Of a DNA stretch of 64,000 nt, positions 37,168 to 48,834 are shown in pieces. The notes under the pieces are model-generated. The model searched no databases. It saw nothing but the letters and a program-made list of their open reading frames with translations, and had not been told where the DNA came from. Source of the DNA: Squalus acanthias (taxonomy: Eukaryota). The position numbers and the translations under genes are program-made. The stretch lies in assembly GCA_030390025.1 (NCBI GenBank), contig CM059431.1, positions 96,660,001 through 96,724,000 on the forward strand, in the 5' to 3' direction. Each line of letters opens with the position of its first letter. The stretch's first letter is position 1.

Positions 37168-39282
37168 TTTCAAATAAAACTGTTGGACTATAACCTGGTG
37201 TTGTGCGACTTCTCACTTTTGTCCACCTCAGTCCAACACCGGCATCTCCGCAAAATAAATTAAAGCTAGTATTAAGTCAAAGGAGGAAGCTTATAACGTT
37301 GCCAGAAAAAGCGGTCAGCCTGAAGATTGGGATCTTTTCAGAAATCAGCAAAGGGGGACCAAGAAATTGATAAAGAAAGGGAAAATGGAATAAGAGCACA
37401 ATCTAGCAAAAAATATAAAAACGGATTGTAAAAGCTTCGAAAGGTATGTGAAAAGGAAAAGACTGGCGAAGGTAAATGTGGATCCTTTACAGTCAGAGAT
37501 GGGAGAATTTATAATGGGGAATGAGGAAATGGCAGAGAAATTAAATAAATACTTTGCTTCTGTTTTCACGGAGGAAGACACAAATAACCTCCCAGAAATA
37601 TGAGAAAAGCAAGGGTGGGGTGAGAATGAGGAACTTAAAGAAATTATTATTTGTAAAAAAACAGTACTAGCAAAATTAATGGGACTATAGGTCGATAAAT
37701 CCCAAGGACCGGATGAACTACATCCTAGGGTTTTGAAGGAGGTGGCCATTGGGATAGTGGACGCATTGGTTGTCATCTTCCAAAATTCTATAGATTCTGG
37801 AATGGTTCCTGCAGATTGGAGGATAGCAAATGTAACCCCGCTATTTAAGAAAGGAGGGAGAGAGAAAACGGGGAACTACAGACCTGTAAGCCTCACATCA
37901 GTAGTCGGGAAAATGCTGGAATCTATTATAAAGGATGCAATAACTGGGCACTTAGAAACTAATAGTAAGATTGGGCAGAGTCGACATGGATTTATGAAAG
38001 GGAAATCCTGTTTGACAAACCTATTGGAGTTCTTTGAGGATGTAACGAGTGGAGTCGACAAAGGGGAACCGGTAGATGTGGTGTATTTGGATTTTCAGAA
38101 GGCCTTCGATAAGGTCCCACATAAGAGGTTGGTGAACAAAATTAGGGCACATGGAATTGGGGGTAATATACTAGCATAGATTGAGAATTGGTTAACAGAC
38201 AGAAAACAAAGAGTAGGGATAAACGGGCCTTTTTCAGGATGGCAGGCTGTGACTAGTGGGGTACCGCAAGGATCGGTGCTTGGGCCCCAGCTATTCACAA
38301 TCTATATCAATGATTTGGATGAGAGTATTAAATGTAACATTTCCAAATTTGCTGATGATACAAAGCTAGGTGGCAGTGTCAGTTGTGAAGAGGATGTGAA
38401 GAGGCTTCAAGGGGATCTCGACAGGCTCAGTGAGTGGGCGAGAACATGGTAGATGGAATATAATGTGGATAAATGTGAAGTTATCCACTTTGGTAGAAAA
38501 AACAGAAAGGCAGAGTATTTCCTAAATGGTGAAAGATTGGGGAATGCAGATGCTCAAAGGGACCTGGGTGTCCTTGTACATGAGTCACTGAAAGTGAATG
38601 TGCAGGTGCAGCAAGCCATTAGGAAGGCAAATGGTATGCTGGCCTTCATTACAAGAGGATTTGAGTACAGGAGTAAAGAAGTCTTACTCCAATTATATAG
38701 GGCCTTGGTGAGACCACACCTGGAGTACTGTGTACAATTTTGGTCTCCTTACCTAAGGAAGGATATACTTGCCATAGAGGGAGTGCAACGAAGGTTCACA
38801 AGATTGATTCCTGGGATGGCGGGACTGTCGTATGAGAAGAGATTGAGTAAACTAGGCCTGTATTCTCTTGAATTCAGAAGAATGAGAGGGGATCTCATTG
38901 AAGCATACAAAATTATTACAGGGCTTGATAGGGTGGATGCTGGGAGAATGTTTCCCTTGGCTGGGGAGTTTAGAACCAGGGGCCACAGCCTCAGGATAAA
39001 GGGTAGGCCATTCAGGACCGAGATGAGAAAAAATTTCTTCACACAGAGGGTGGTGAATCTTTGGAATTCTCTACCCCAGAGGGCTGTGGAGGCTCAGTCA
39101 TTGGGTATATTCAAAACAGAAGTCGATAAATTTCTGACAGGTAAAGGCATCAAGGGATATGACGATAGGGCTGGTGAATGGAGTTGAGGCAGAAGATCAG
39201 CCATGATCATATTGAATGGCGGAGCAGGCTTGAAGGGCCGAATGGCCTATTCCTGCTCCTATTTTTCTATGTTTCTGTTTCT

Positions 39283-39608
39283 AAATGTTTCCCCTGGCTG
39301 GGGAATCTAGAACCAGGGGTCATAGTATCAGAATAAGGGGCAGCCATTTAAGACTGAGATGAGGAGAAATTTCTTCACTCAAAGGGTTGTGAATCTTTGG
39401 AATTCTCTACCCCAGAGGGCTGTGGATACTCAGTCGTTGAGTATATTCAAGACAGAGGTCGATAAATTTTTGGGAATGAAGGGAATTAAGGGATAGGGGG
39501 ATAGTGCGGGAAGGTGGAGTTGAGGTAGATAAGCCATGATCTTATTGAATGGCGGAGCAGGTTCGAGGGGCCAAATGCCCTACTCCAGCTCCTATTCTTG
39601 TGTTCTTA
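39283..39608 (+). mobile_element. CR1 fragment A, right part with 3' tail
   Basis: MFPLAGESRTRGH...; tail TTCTTGTGTTCTTA. Confidence 0.88.
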
Positions 39609-40013
39609 GGAACTCGCATTGATTGTATGTTTATTCATTTATAGTTCAAAGCTGAAATAAGTAGAAATATTCATAATTAACATTTAACCATTTCAGAAGT
39701 CCAATACCCACGATTACTGTCACACTTGCCGCAGGCACAAGGTCACATCAACTCTGTCACTGTGGCTCAAATGTGACACAGCCGTTGGATTTATCACACA
39801 CCTGTCTTCCAAATCTCAGCCTCATGAATAAGTGAGCACAATAGACAACATGGATCAATCACATTGCACTTGGTCAGAGCAGGTCTGTCCCCCATGAGTC
39901 TCTCCCCCCGCCACCTCACTCTCACCCCGCATGCCGCCCCCCACCTCTCACACTCTGGGAATAAAATTTAAGCTAATGCACTCAAGGAGCCTGCAGCTGC
40001 TCAGAACCATTAA

Positions 40014-40400
40014 TTTTTTTAAAGTTCATTCACAGGATGTGGGTGTCGCCGGCAAGGCCAGTATTTATTGCCCATCCCTAATTGCCCCCGAGAAGGTGGT
40101 GGTGGGCCGCCTTCTTGAATACAACCGAGTGTCTCGCAGTTAAGAGTCAATTGCTGTGGGTCTGGAATCACATATAGACCAGACCAGGTAAGGACGGCAG
40201 ATTTCCTTCCCTAAAAGGACATTAGTGAACCAGATGGGTTTTTAACGACAATCCGAATTACGGATAATAGCTTTTTATTTCAGATTTATTTAATTTAAAT
40301 TCCCCAGCTGCCGTGGTGGAATTTGAACTCACTTCTCCGGATCATTAGTCCAGGCCTATGGATTACTAGTCTAGTAACATAACCACTATGCTACCGTACC
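40014..40400 (-). mobile_element. tRNA-headed bipartite SINE (5' and 3' ends of the LINE at 53500-58926)
   Basis: A-box-like GGTAGCATAGTGG and B-box GAGTTCAAATTC (40319-40330); 40120-40400 matches 58628-58926; 40014-40119 matches 53500-53603. Confidence 0.88.
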
Positions 40401-40929
40401 TATGAGGCATAACACTGCAATATTTGTGTTTTCAAATAAAACATTTTTACAATTTAAATAAGAAACTAAACAGTCAAAAATCCCATCTCCCCCCACACAG
40501 AAATAGAATAAATATATTTACATCAGAGTGTAAATCTCCCTCCCACCAATAAAAGCGAATACAGAATGACTCCGAGTATCACAGAGCTGGAAGCATCCAC
40601 AACAAAAAACACAGATCTACAGCCAGTGTGTTTTAGTGAAGTACTGTTACATATTACACTGCCCGGCTATGGCGTATTTTAATGTTACACATTCCTCCAT
40701 GATTATTTCCAAACTCTAGTCCATAGTTACCCTGAGCACCTTGATGGCAAAAATGATATTTCACTTCCAACCGCTGTGCCAGAAGGTAACTAATCGGTGA
40801 ACAATTTCTTGTCCCACAAACTAAGAATCAAGTTCTGGTTAAAAACCCTAAGAAAATCCCAAGGACTGTCCAGTCAGAATGTTAAATCAATCAAAATCAA
40901 CATGGGCTTGCAAGTCCCCATCTGTATCG

Positions 40930-41069
40930 AACAATGCCATAAGTGGGCAAAACTGTGACAGATGGAGTTCAATGCACTTGGGATCCAAGATCGATAAATC
41001 AAAATATTTTCTTAATGGTGAGAGACTAGGAACTGTGGAGAAGCAAAGGGATTTGGGTGTCCAGGTACA
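40930..41069 (+). mobile_element. Old CR1 fragment, host of the near-full-length CR1; continues at about 50479-50880
   Basis: YFLNGERLGTVEKQRDLGVQV resumes as VQKSPKAGAQLQKVIKKASKML; GTACA at 41065-41069 and 50479-50483. Confidence 0.7.
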
Positions 41070-43674
41070 TAACATAAGAACATAAGACGTAGGAGCAGTA
41101 GGTCGTCATTTGGCCCCTCGAGCCTGCTCCGCCATTCAATAAGATCATGGCTGATCTGATCTTGGCCTCAACTCCACTTCCCTGCCCGCTCCCCATAACC
41201 CTTGACTCCCTTATCATTCAAAAATCTGTCTATCTCCACCTTAAATATATTCAATGACCCAGCCTCCACAGCTATCTGGGGAAGAGAATTCCACAGATTC
41301 ACGACCCTCAGAGAAGAAATTCCTCATTTCCAATTTAAAAGGGTTTCCCCTTATTCTGAAATTGTGCCCCCTAGTTCTGGATTCCCCCACGAGGGGAAAC
41401 ATCCTCTCTGCATCCACCCTGTCAAGTCCCTTCAGAATCTTATATGTTTCAATAAGATCCCCTCTCATTCTTCTAAACTCCAATGAGTATAGGCCCAACC
41501 TGCTCAACCTTTCTTCATAAGACAACCCCTTCATCTCCGGAATCAACCTCGTGAACCTTCTCTGAACTGCCTCCAATGCAAGTATATCCTTCCTTAAATA
41601 AGGAGACCAAAACTGTACGCAGTACTCCAGGTGTGGTCTCACCAACGCCCTGTACAGTTGTAATAGGACTTCCCTACTTGCATACTCCATTCCCTTTGCA
41701 ATAAAGGCCAACATTCCATTTGCCTTCCTAATTGCTTGCTGTACCTGCATGCTAACTTTTTGTGATTCATGTACGAGGACCCCCAGATCTCTGTACCTCA
41801 TCATTTTGTAATCTCTCCCCATTTAAATAATAATTTGCTTTTTATTTTTCCTACCAAAGTGGATAACCTCACATTTTCCCACATTAAACTCCATCTGCCA
41901 GATTTTTGCCCACTCACTTAGCCTATCTATATCCCTTTGCAGATTCTTTGCATCCTCTACACAATTTGCTTTCTCACTTATCTTTGTATCATCAGCAAAT
42001 TTGGCTACATTACAGTCCCTTCATCCAAGTCATAAATATAGATTGTAAATAATTGAGGCCCCAGCACTGATCCCTGCGGCACCCCACTAGTTACCGTTTG
42101 CCAACCTGAAAATGACCCATTTATCCCGACTCTCTGTTTTCTGTTAGTTAGCCAATTCTCTATCCATGCTAATATATTACCCCCAACCCCGTGAGCTCTT
42201 ATCTTGTGTAGTAACCTTTTATGTGGCATCTTATCGAATGCCTTCTGGAAATCCAAATACACAACATTTACTGGTTCCCCTTTATCCACCCTGCTCGTTA
42301 CATCCTCAAAGAACTCCAGCAAATTTGTCAAACATGATTTCCCTTTCATAAAACCATGCTGACTCTGCTTGACTATATTATGATTTTCTAAATGTCCTGC
42401 TATCACTTCCTTAATGATGGACTCCAGCATTTTCCCAATGACAGATGTTAGGCTAACTGGTCGATAGTTGCCTGCTTTCGGTCGCCCTCCTTTCTTAAAT
42501 AGAGGCGTTACATTTGCGGTTTTCCAGTCCGCTGGGACCGCTCCACAATCCAGGGAATTTTGGTAGATTACAACCAATGCATCCACTATCTCTGCAGCCA
42601 CCTCTTTTAAGACCCTAGGATGCAGGCCATCGGGTCCAGGGGACTTGTCCACCTTTAGTCCCATTAGTTTGCCTAGTACTTTCTCTCTAGTGATAGTGAT
42701 TGTTTAAGTTCCCGCCCCCCACCCCAATAGCCCCTTGATCATACATTATTGGAATGCTTTTAGTGTCTTCGACCGTGAAGACCGATACAAAATATTTGTT
42801 CAAAGTCTTCGCCATTTCCCTGTTTCCCATTATTAATTCCCCAGACTCATCCTCTGGGGGACAAACGTTTACTTTAGCTACTCTGTTCCTTTTTATTTAC
42901 CTGTAGAAGCTCTTACTGTCTGTTTTTATATTGCTTGTTAACTTACTCTCATAAGCTATCTTCTCTCTATCATTTTTTTAGTCATCCTTTGCTGGTTTTT
43001 AAAAAATCCCAATCCTCTGGCCTTTCACTATCCTTCGCAACATTGTATGCTTTTGTTTTCAATTTGATACCATCCTTTACTTCCTTAGTTAGCCACGGAT
43101 GGTTCATCCTTCTCTTAAGAGTCTTTCTTTCTCACTGGAATATATCTTTGCTGAGAGTTATGAAATATCTCCTTAAATGTTTGCCACTGCTTTTCTACAG
43201 TCGTACCCTGTAATATATTTTCCCAGTCCACTTTAACCAAGTCTGCCTTCATACCTTTGTAATTACCTTTGTTTAAGTTCAGGACACTAGTTTGAGACCT
43301 AGCTTTCTCACCCTCAAACTGAATTTGAAATTCTACCATGCTATGATCACTCTTCCCAAGAGGATCCTTCACTTCGAGATCATTAATTAATCCAGCCTCG
43401 TTACACATTACCAGATCTAAAATAGTCTTCTCCCTGGTTGGTTCCACAACATATTGTTCCAAGAAACCATCCCGTATACACTCTAAGAACTCTTCCTCAA
43501 GCCGACCTTTGCCAATTTGCTTTGTCCAATCAATATGAAGATTAAAATCTCCGATGATTATATCCGTACCTTTCTTACAAGCCTCTATTATTTCTTGATT
43601 TATTCTCTGTCCTACAGTGTGGCTACTGTTTGGGGGCCTGGAGACCACTCCCACCAGTGACTTTTTACCCTTAT

Positions 43675-43868
43675 TGTGGTAACACAATACAGCTTCCTGT
43701 GACTCGAACTTTATTGCATCACTTCCTGTGATTAGTCCAGGATAAATACTGGACTGATCAGTTGGATCCTGGAGAGGCATAGAGTAAGACCTCTTTTGTA
43801 TGTAGCACCTTTTTAGTTGATTAAAGCTTACTTTAAGTTCACCACGCGTAAGGCTCATTCTTACGACA
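43675..43868 (+). repeat. 5' LTR
   Basis: Matches 48122-48315 with 3 substitutions by eye. Confidence 0.97.
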
Positions 43869-43946
43869 ATTTAATCAACTTTGGAAAACTTCGCACTCAA
43901 ACTTTTTGGACGAACTCGGAACGAAGGATCCAGGGAATCACCCATC

Positions 43947-46900
43947 ATGGAAAACATCCTTAAACCATCGCTTCTTGACTTGGACCCAAACACCCCAGCA
44001 GCCGGTAAGGTGTGGAAACACTGGTATCGCACGTTTGACAATTTTCTTGAATATTGTAAGGCTGATGATGACTCAAAGTTGCGGATACTCATCAACTGTG
44101 TCACCCCGAATGTATTTCAGTATGTGGAGGAATGGGACAGTTACGAGGAGGCAATTCGGACGCTTAAGAGACTATATACTAAGACACCGAATGAGGTCTA
44201 TGCCAGACATCTACTAGCTACAGCCCAACAAGGGCCGGAGGAATCCATTGATAAATTCCTCCAAGAGCTTCGCAGACTTAGTATGGACTGTAACTTTCAG
44301 GCGGCCTCAGCTGAGCTGTACCGTGAAGAAATGATCCGTGATGCTTTCATCTGCGGGCTTGCCTCCCCATTTATATGCCAGCGTCTACTGGAAAGTAAGA
44401 CACTTGAGCTTCAGAGAGCTTATGACATGGCTTGCTCTCTAGATCTGGCAAAAAGAAATGCAGACCTTTATACAGTGCCCAGACCTCGGTCTACTGCCTT
44501 AACTACAGTCAGGCAATTTAAGAGGCCACAGGTGAACTCTATTAGGCAGGACTTTATCCCTGACGATCAATCTGATGACTTCACTGATGAAGAGGATGAT
44601 GACCCCACTGTGGCAGCCTCTTGGCAATCTAAGAAATGCTTCTTTTGTGGTGATGAGTTTCACCCTCGGAAATTCTGCCCTGCTCGCAATGCGTTTTGCA
44701 GTCATTGCAACAAAAAGGGTCATTTTGCAAAGGTTTGCCTATCAAGAGCCTCTACGAGGGCTTATCAAGCTAAGTCCTACCGAACTGCCCCGGTAAGGGC
44801 CTATCAAGATGTTCCGGCTAAAATCTATCGTGCTTCCTCTTGGGTTTCCTCTCGAAGAAACACACCTAGAGTTTCAGCCACTCTTTGTGCAACGACACCA
44901 ATTACAGCTGCTTGTCCTCAGAACCTATTCCATGCAGCTACAAAAGCATCAATTAATGGACATACTTTAGATGCCTTAATTGACTCAGGTAGCACGGATA
45001 GTTTCATTAGGGAACAGATTGTTGCAGAGTTAAAGCTACATGTTTTCCCATCGGACCAGGCAATTGCGATGGCTCAGTCATCACTTAATACCAGAATTTC
45101 TGGCTTTTGTATGGTTGAAATAACACTTAATGGTCGCAGGTATCCCTCCACCCGGCTTTCGGTGCTCAAGGACTTATGTAGTGATCTTATCTTAGGGCTG
45201 GATTTTCAAAAGCAGCATATGTTAGGGGGATATGTTAGGGGGAATTAAATACGTGGGGTTACGGGGGTAGGGTGGGATATGTGTACTGTGGGGATTAAAG
45301 CAGGGACTGGATTTGGATGATCAGCCATGATCGTATTGAATGGCGGAGCAGGCTCGACGGGCCGAATGGCCTACTCCTGCTCCTAGATTCTATGTTTCTA
45401 TGTTTCTATGTTTCTATAAGAAGCTCACCATTGAGTTCGGCGGATCCAAACCTGAACTCACTATTTCTAATATACGACCTCGATTACCGTTCTGTGCATT
45501 GTCAGCAGCTTCACTGGATGAACCCTCACTGTTTGCCAGTATCCCTCCTCGATGCAAACCGATTATAACAAAGTCACGACGTTTCAGTCAGGAAGACCAG
45601 TCTTTTATTGCGGCTGAGATTTCTCGGCTTTTAGCAGAGGATATCATCGAGCCTTGTTCGTCGCCATGGCGCGCCCAGGTCGTTATTGTTAAGAACCCTC
45701 TACAACCTCACAAGAAACGGCTGTGCATTGACTATTCACAGACCATCAATCAATATACGGACTTGGACGCATACCCATTGCCGCGCATCGATGATATGGT
45801 TAATAAACTGGCTGAGTACACGGTGTTCTCAACATATGATCTGAAAAGTGCCTATCATCAGGTACCCTTGAAGGTCTCAGACAAACAGTATACGGCCTTT
45901 GAAGCCAATGGACGGCTGTATCAATTTCGTCGCCTCCCCTTTGGGGTCACTAATGGAGTGGCTGTCTTCCAGCGAGCAATGGATGACCTGGTCAAACAGG
46001 AAGACTTGAAGGATACGATTCCTTATCTGGACAATATTACTGTCGCAGGTCGCAATCAGCGGGAACATGACGCCAATCTCCAACGATTTTGGGATGCACT
46101 CCAGCACCGTAATTTGACATTAAATGCGGCTAAATCCATTGAGTCACAACCAACCATCAACATCCTTGGCTATTGTGTGGGCAATGGCATCATTAAACCT
46201 GACCCTGAAAGGCTTCGCCCACTCCAAGAACTCCCGCCACCTAAGAATCCGGCCTCCTTGCGCCGGGCCCTCGGCCTGTTTGCATACTATGCTAAATGGA
46301 TTCCTAACTTCTCGGACCGAATCCAACCTCTACTGAAGGCCAGCACATTCCCACTAGACACAGCGGCGGTTGCAGCCTTTAACCTCCTGAAAAGACAGTT
46401 GGAGAAAGCGGCTCTTCACTCCATCGATGAGAGTCTTCCTTTTGTTGTTGAGTGTGATGCCTCGGAGGTGGCGATCTTGGCCACTCTGAATCAGGAAGGT
46501 CGTCCGGTGGCATTTTTGTCCAGGACTTTTCAAGGGGCTGAGCTACATTATCCTCCAGTCGAGAAAGAAGCTACAGCCATCATAGAGGCAGTACGGAAGT
46601 GGAGTCATCTCCTAGCTCGCCAGCACTTTACCTTAATCACGGACCAGCGGTCGGTCGCCTTCATGCTCGATAATCGAAAACGGACCAAAATTAAAAATAA
46701 TAAAATCCAGCTTTGGCGGCTGGAATTGGCCTCTTTTGGTTACACCATCCACTATCGACCTGGCAAGGAGAATGTGGCTCCGGATACCCTCACACGAGCA
46801 TTCTGCTCCGCCATGGCACCCTCTACGCTCGTAGACATCCATGATGGGTTGTGTCATCCGGGCGTTACTCGCATGCTACACTTCGTGCGGTCCTGAAATC

Positions 46901-48102
46901 TTCCATTCTCTACCGGGGATGTAAAGAAGATGTGCTCGGACTGCAGAGTCTGTGCGGAATTGAAACCTCAGTTTTTCCGCCCCTCGGGTGGTATACTCAT
47001 ACATGCGACCCAGCCAATGCAACAGCTTAGCATCGATTTTAAGGGACCGTTGCCCTCTTCAACTCGCAACACTTATCTGTTGACCATGGTCGATGAGTAT
47101 TCCCGTTTTCCGTTTGCCTTTCCCTGCCCCAATATGCTGACGACCACGGTTATCAGCTGCCTTGAGCAGGTATTTGCTTTCTGTGGCATGGCATCCTATG
47201 TTCATTCGGATCGGGTCCCTTCTTTTATGTCAGGAGAACTCAAGGCCTATCTCTTGGAACGGGGTATTGCTGCCAGCAGAACGACGCCTTATCATCTGGT
47301 CGGGAATGGGCAAGTCGAGTGTTTTAACACTATCATCTGGAATGCGGTACGTCTGGCTTTGAGATCTCTGGGCCTACCCAACCAGCAATGGGAAGCAGTA
47401 CTTCCAGACGCATTACACTCCACACGGTCCCTCCTTTCGACCGCCACAAATACGACGCCTCATGAACGGTTCTTCCGATTTCAGCGTCGCTCATCCTATG
47501 GGATATCTCTCCCGTCGTGGCTGACTACACCGGGACCAGTGCTACTCCGAAGATATGTCCGGGCGTCTAAGAATGACCCCCTGGTAGATGAAGTTGAGCT
47601 CACTGACGTCAACCCTACCTACGCCTATATTCGGTATCCTGACGGTCGGGAATCTACCGTGTCATTGCGGGATCTGGCTCCCTGCCCGCCGAAACATAGA
47701 GGGACACCAGGGGATGATATTGTACCAGGCACATCTCTGGGCTCGCCAGGTGCCTCTCATCACGATCTGGATCTGACGCCGGCTGGTACCTCACTCCAGC
47801 GTGCCGACCTGGGGCAGACTGACTATGAGCCCGTCGGGGCTCGCACGCGCAGCCACGATCCACCCCGTACCGTACGCTCGGAAACGGATCTGCCACAGCC
47901 CTGCCCGACACCCGTTCGGGCACCAGTACACAGTCAGGATCGTCCTGACCTCTCACAGAGCGGGCTGGATCACTCGGACTCTGGTCCACGGCCCGCGGCG
48001 GGTAAACGGGCATGGGGCCCTCTACCGCTACGAGAACCCAAACGGGTGCGGCTCTCCCTCGTCCAGCGGCTACGAAATGGAGGGAGCATCCCGGCCTCCT
48101 AA
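43947..48102 (+). pseudogene. Gypsy single-ORF gag-pol, disabled by one CR1 insertion and one stop
   Basis: Two CCHC knuckles, IDSGS protease, YLDN RT, CDAS RNase H, HPG..C..C and IDFKG/VDEYSR/HSD integrase; frame continuous after removing 45219-45417; TGA at 46894-46896. Confidence 0.92.
45219..45417 (+). mobile_element. CR1 3' UTR fragment inserted in Gypsy pol
   Basis: GATCAGCCATGATC..GGCGGAGCAGGCTCG..(TTCTATGT)n tail. Confidence 0.92.
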
Positions 48103-48121
48103 TCTTTTGGGGGGGGGAGAA

Positions 48122-48315
48122 TGTGGTAACACGATACAGCTTCCTGTGACTCGAACTATATTGCATCACTTCCTGTGATTAGTCCAGGATAAATACTGGA
48201 CTGATCAGTTGGATCCTGGAGAGGCATAGAGTAAGACCTCTTTTGTATGTAGCACCTTTTTAGTTGATTAAAGCTTACTTTAAGTTCACCACGCGCAAGG
48301 CTCATTCTTACGACA
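48122..48315 (+). repeat. 3' LTR
   Basis: Preceded by the polypurine tract GGGGGGGGGAGAA. Confidence 0.97.
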
Positions 48316-48834
48316 CTTATTATTTCTTATCTCCACCCAAACTGATTCTACGTCTTGATCTTCTAGGCTAATATCATTTCTCATTACTGCACTGATCTCA
48401 TCCCTTATTAACAGAGCTACACCACCTCCTTTTCCTTTCTGCCTATCCTTACAAAATGGCAAAAAACCCTGAATATTCAGTTCCCAGCCTTGGTCATCTT
48501 GCAACCACATCTCTGTAATGGCTATCAGATCATACCCATTTATTTCTATTTGTGCTGTCAACTCATCTATCTTGTTACGAATGCTGCGTGCGTTCAGATG
48601 TAGAGCTTTTAATTTTGTCTTATCATTTTTCCCTACTCTGACCCCTCTTTCTGATGCACTCTTATGTGTATACGCTCTGTCCCTTCCTGTCGCACTCTGG
48701 TTATCATTACCCCTATCGCTACCCTGCACTTTTGCCTTCTCATTTTTCTTTGACTTTTTAAATTTCCACTCAGCCTATCCCTCCCCCCACCACTGCAGCA
48801 GCCCCCTGCCACCCCCCCCACCCCGCCCGACTCT

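Larger units (their letters stand above)
33549..37250. mobile_element. Young Penelope-like (Neptune-type) insertion in inverted-duplication form
   Basis: Arms 33545-35364 and 35400-37219 are reverse complements; 15-bp TSD CAAAATAAATTAAAG at 33534-33548 and 37251-37265. Confidence 0.96.
32477..39282 (+). mobile_element. CR1 LINE C (end of ORF1 to 3' tail), split by the Penelope palindrome
   Basis: YLNARS, ITETW, GDFN in 32477-33548; RT and C-terminus in 37251-39187; tail TTTCTATGTTTCTG. Confidence 0.95.
43675..48315 (+). mobile_element. Full-length Gypsy/Ty3 LTR retrotransposon
   Basis: 194-bp LTRs TG..CA; 5-bp TSD CTTAT (43670-43674, 48316-48320); PPT 48109-48121; order gag-PR-RT-RH-IN. Confidence 0.97.

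Noticed and set aside
33545..37219. Palindrome as a pure assembly artefact
   Set aside because: The host CR1 continues correctly on both sides with a 15-bp TSD and an asymmetric tail; read support is still needed
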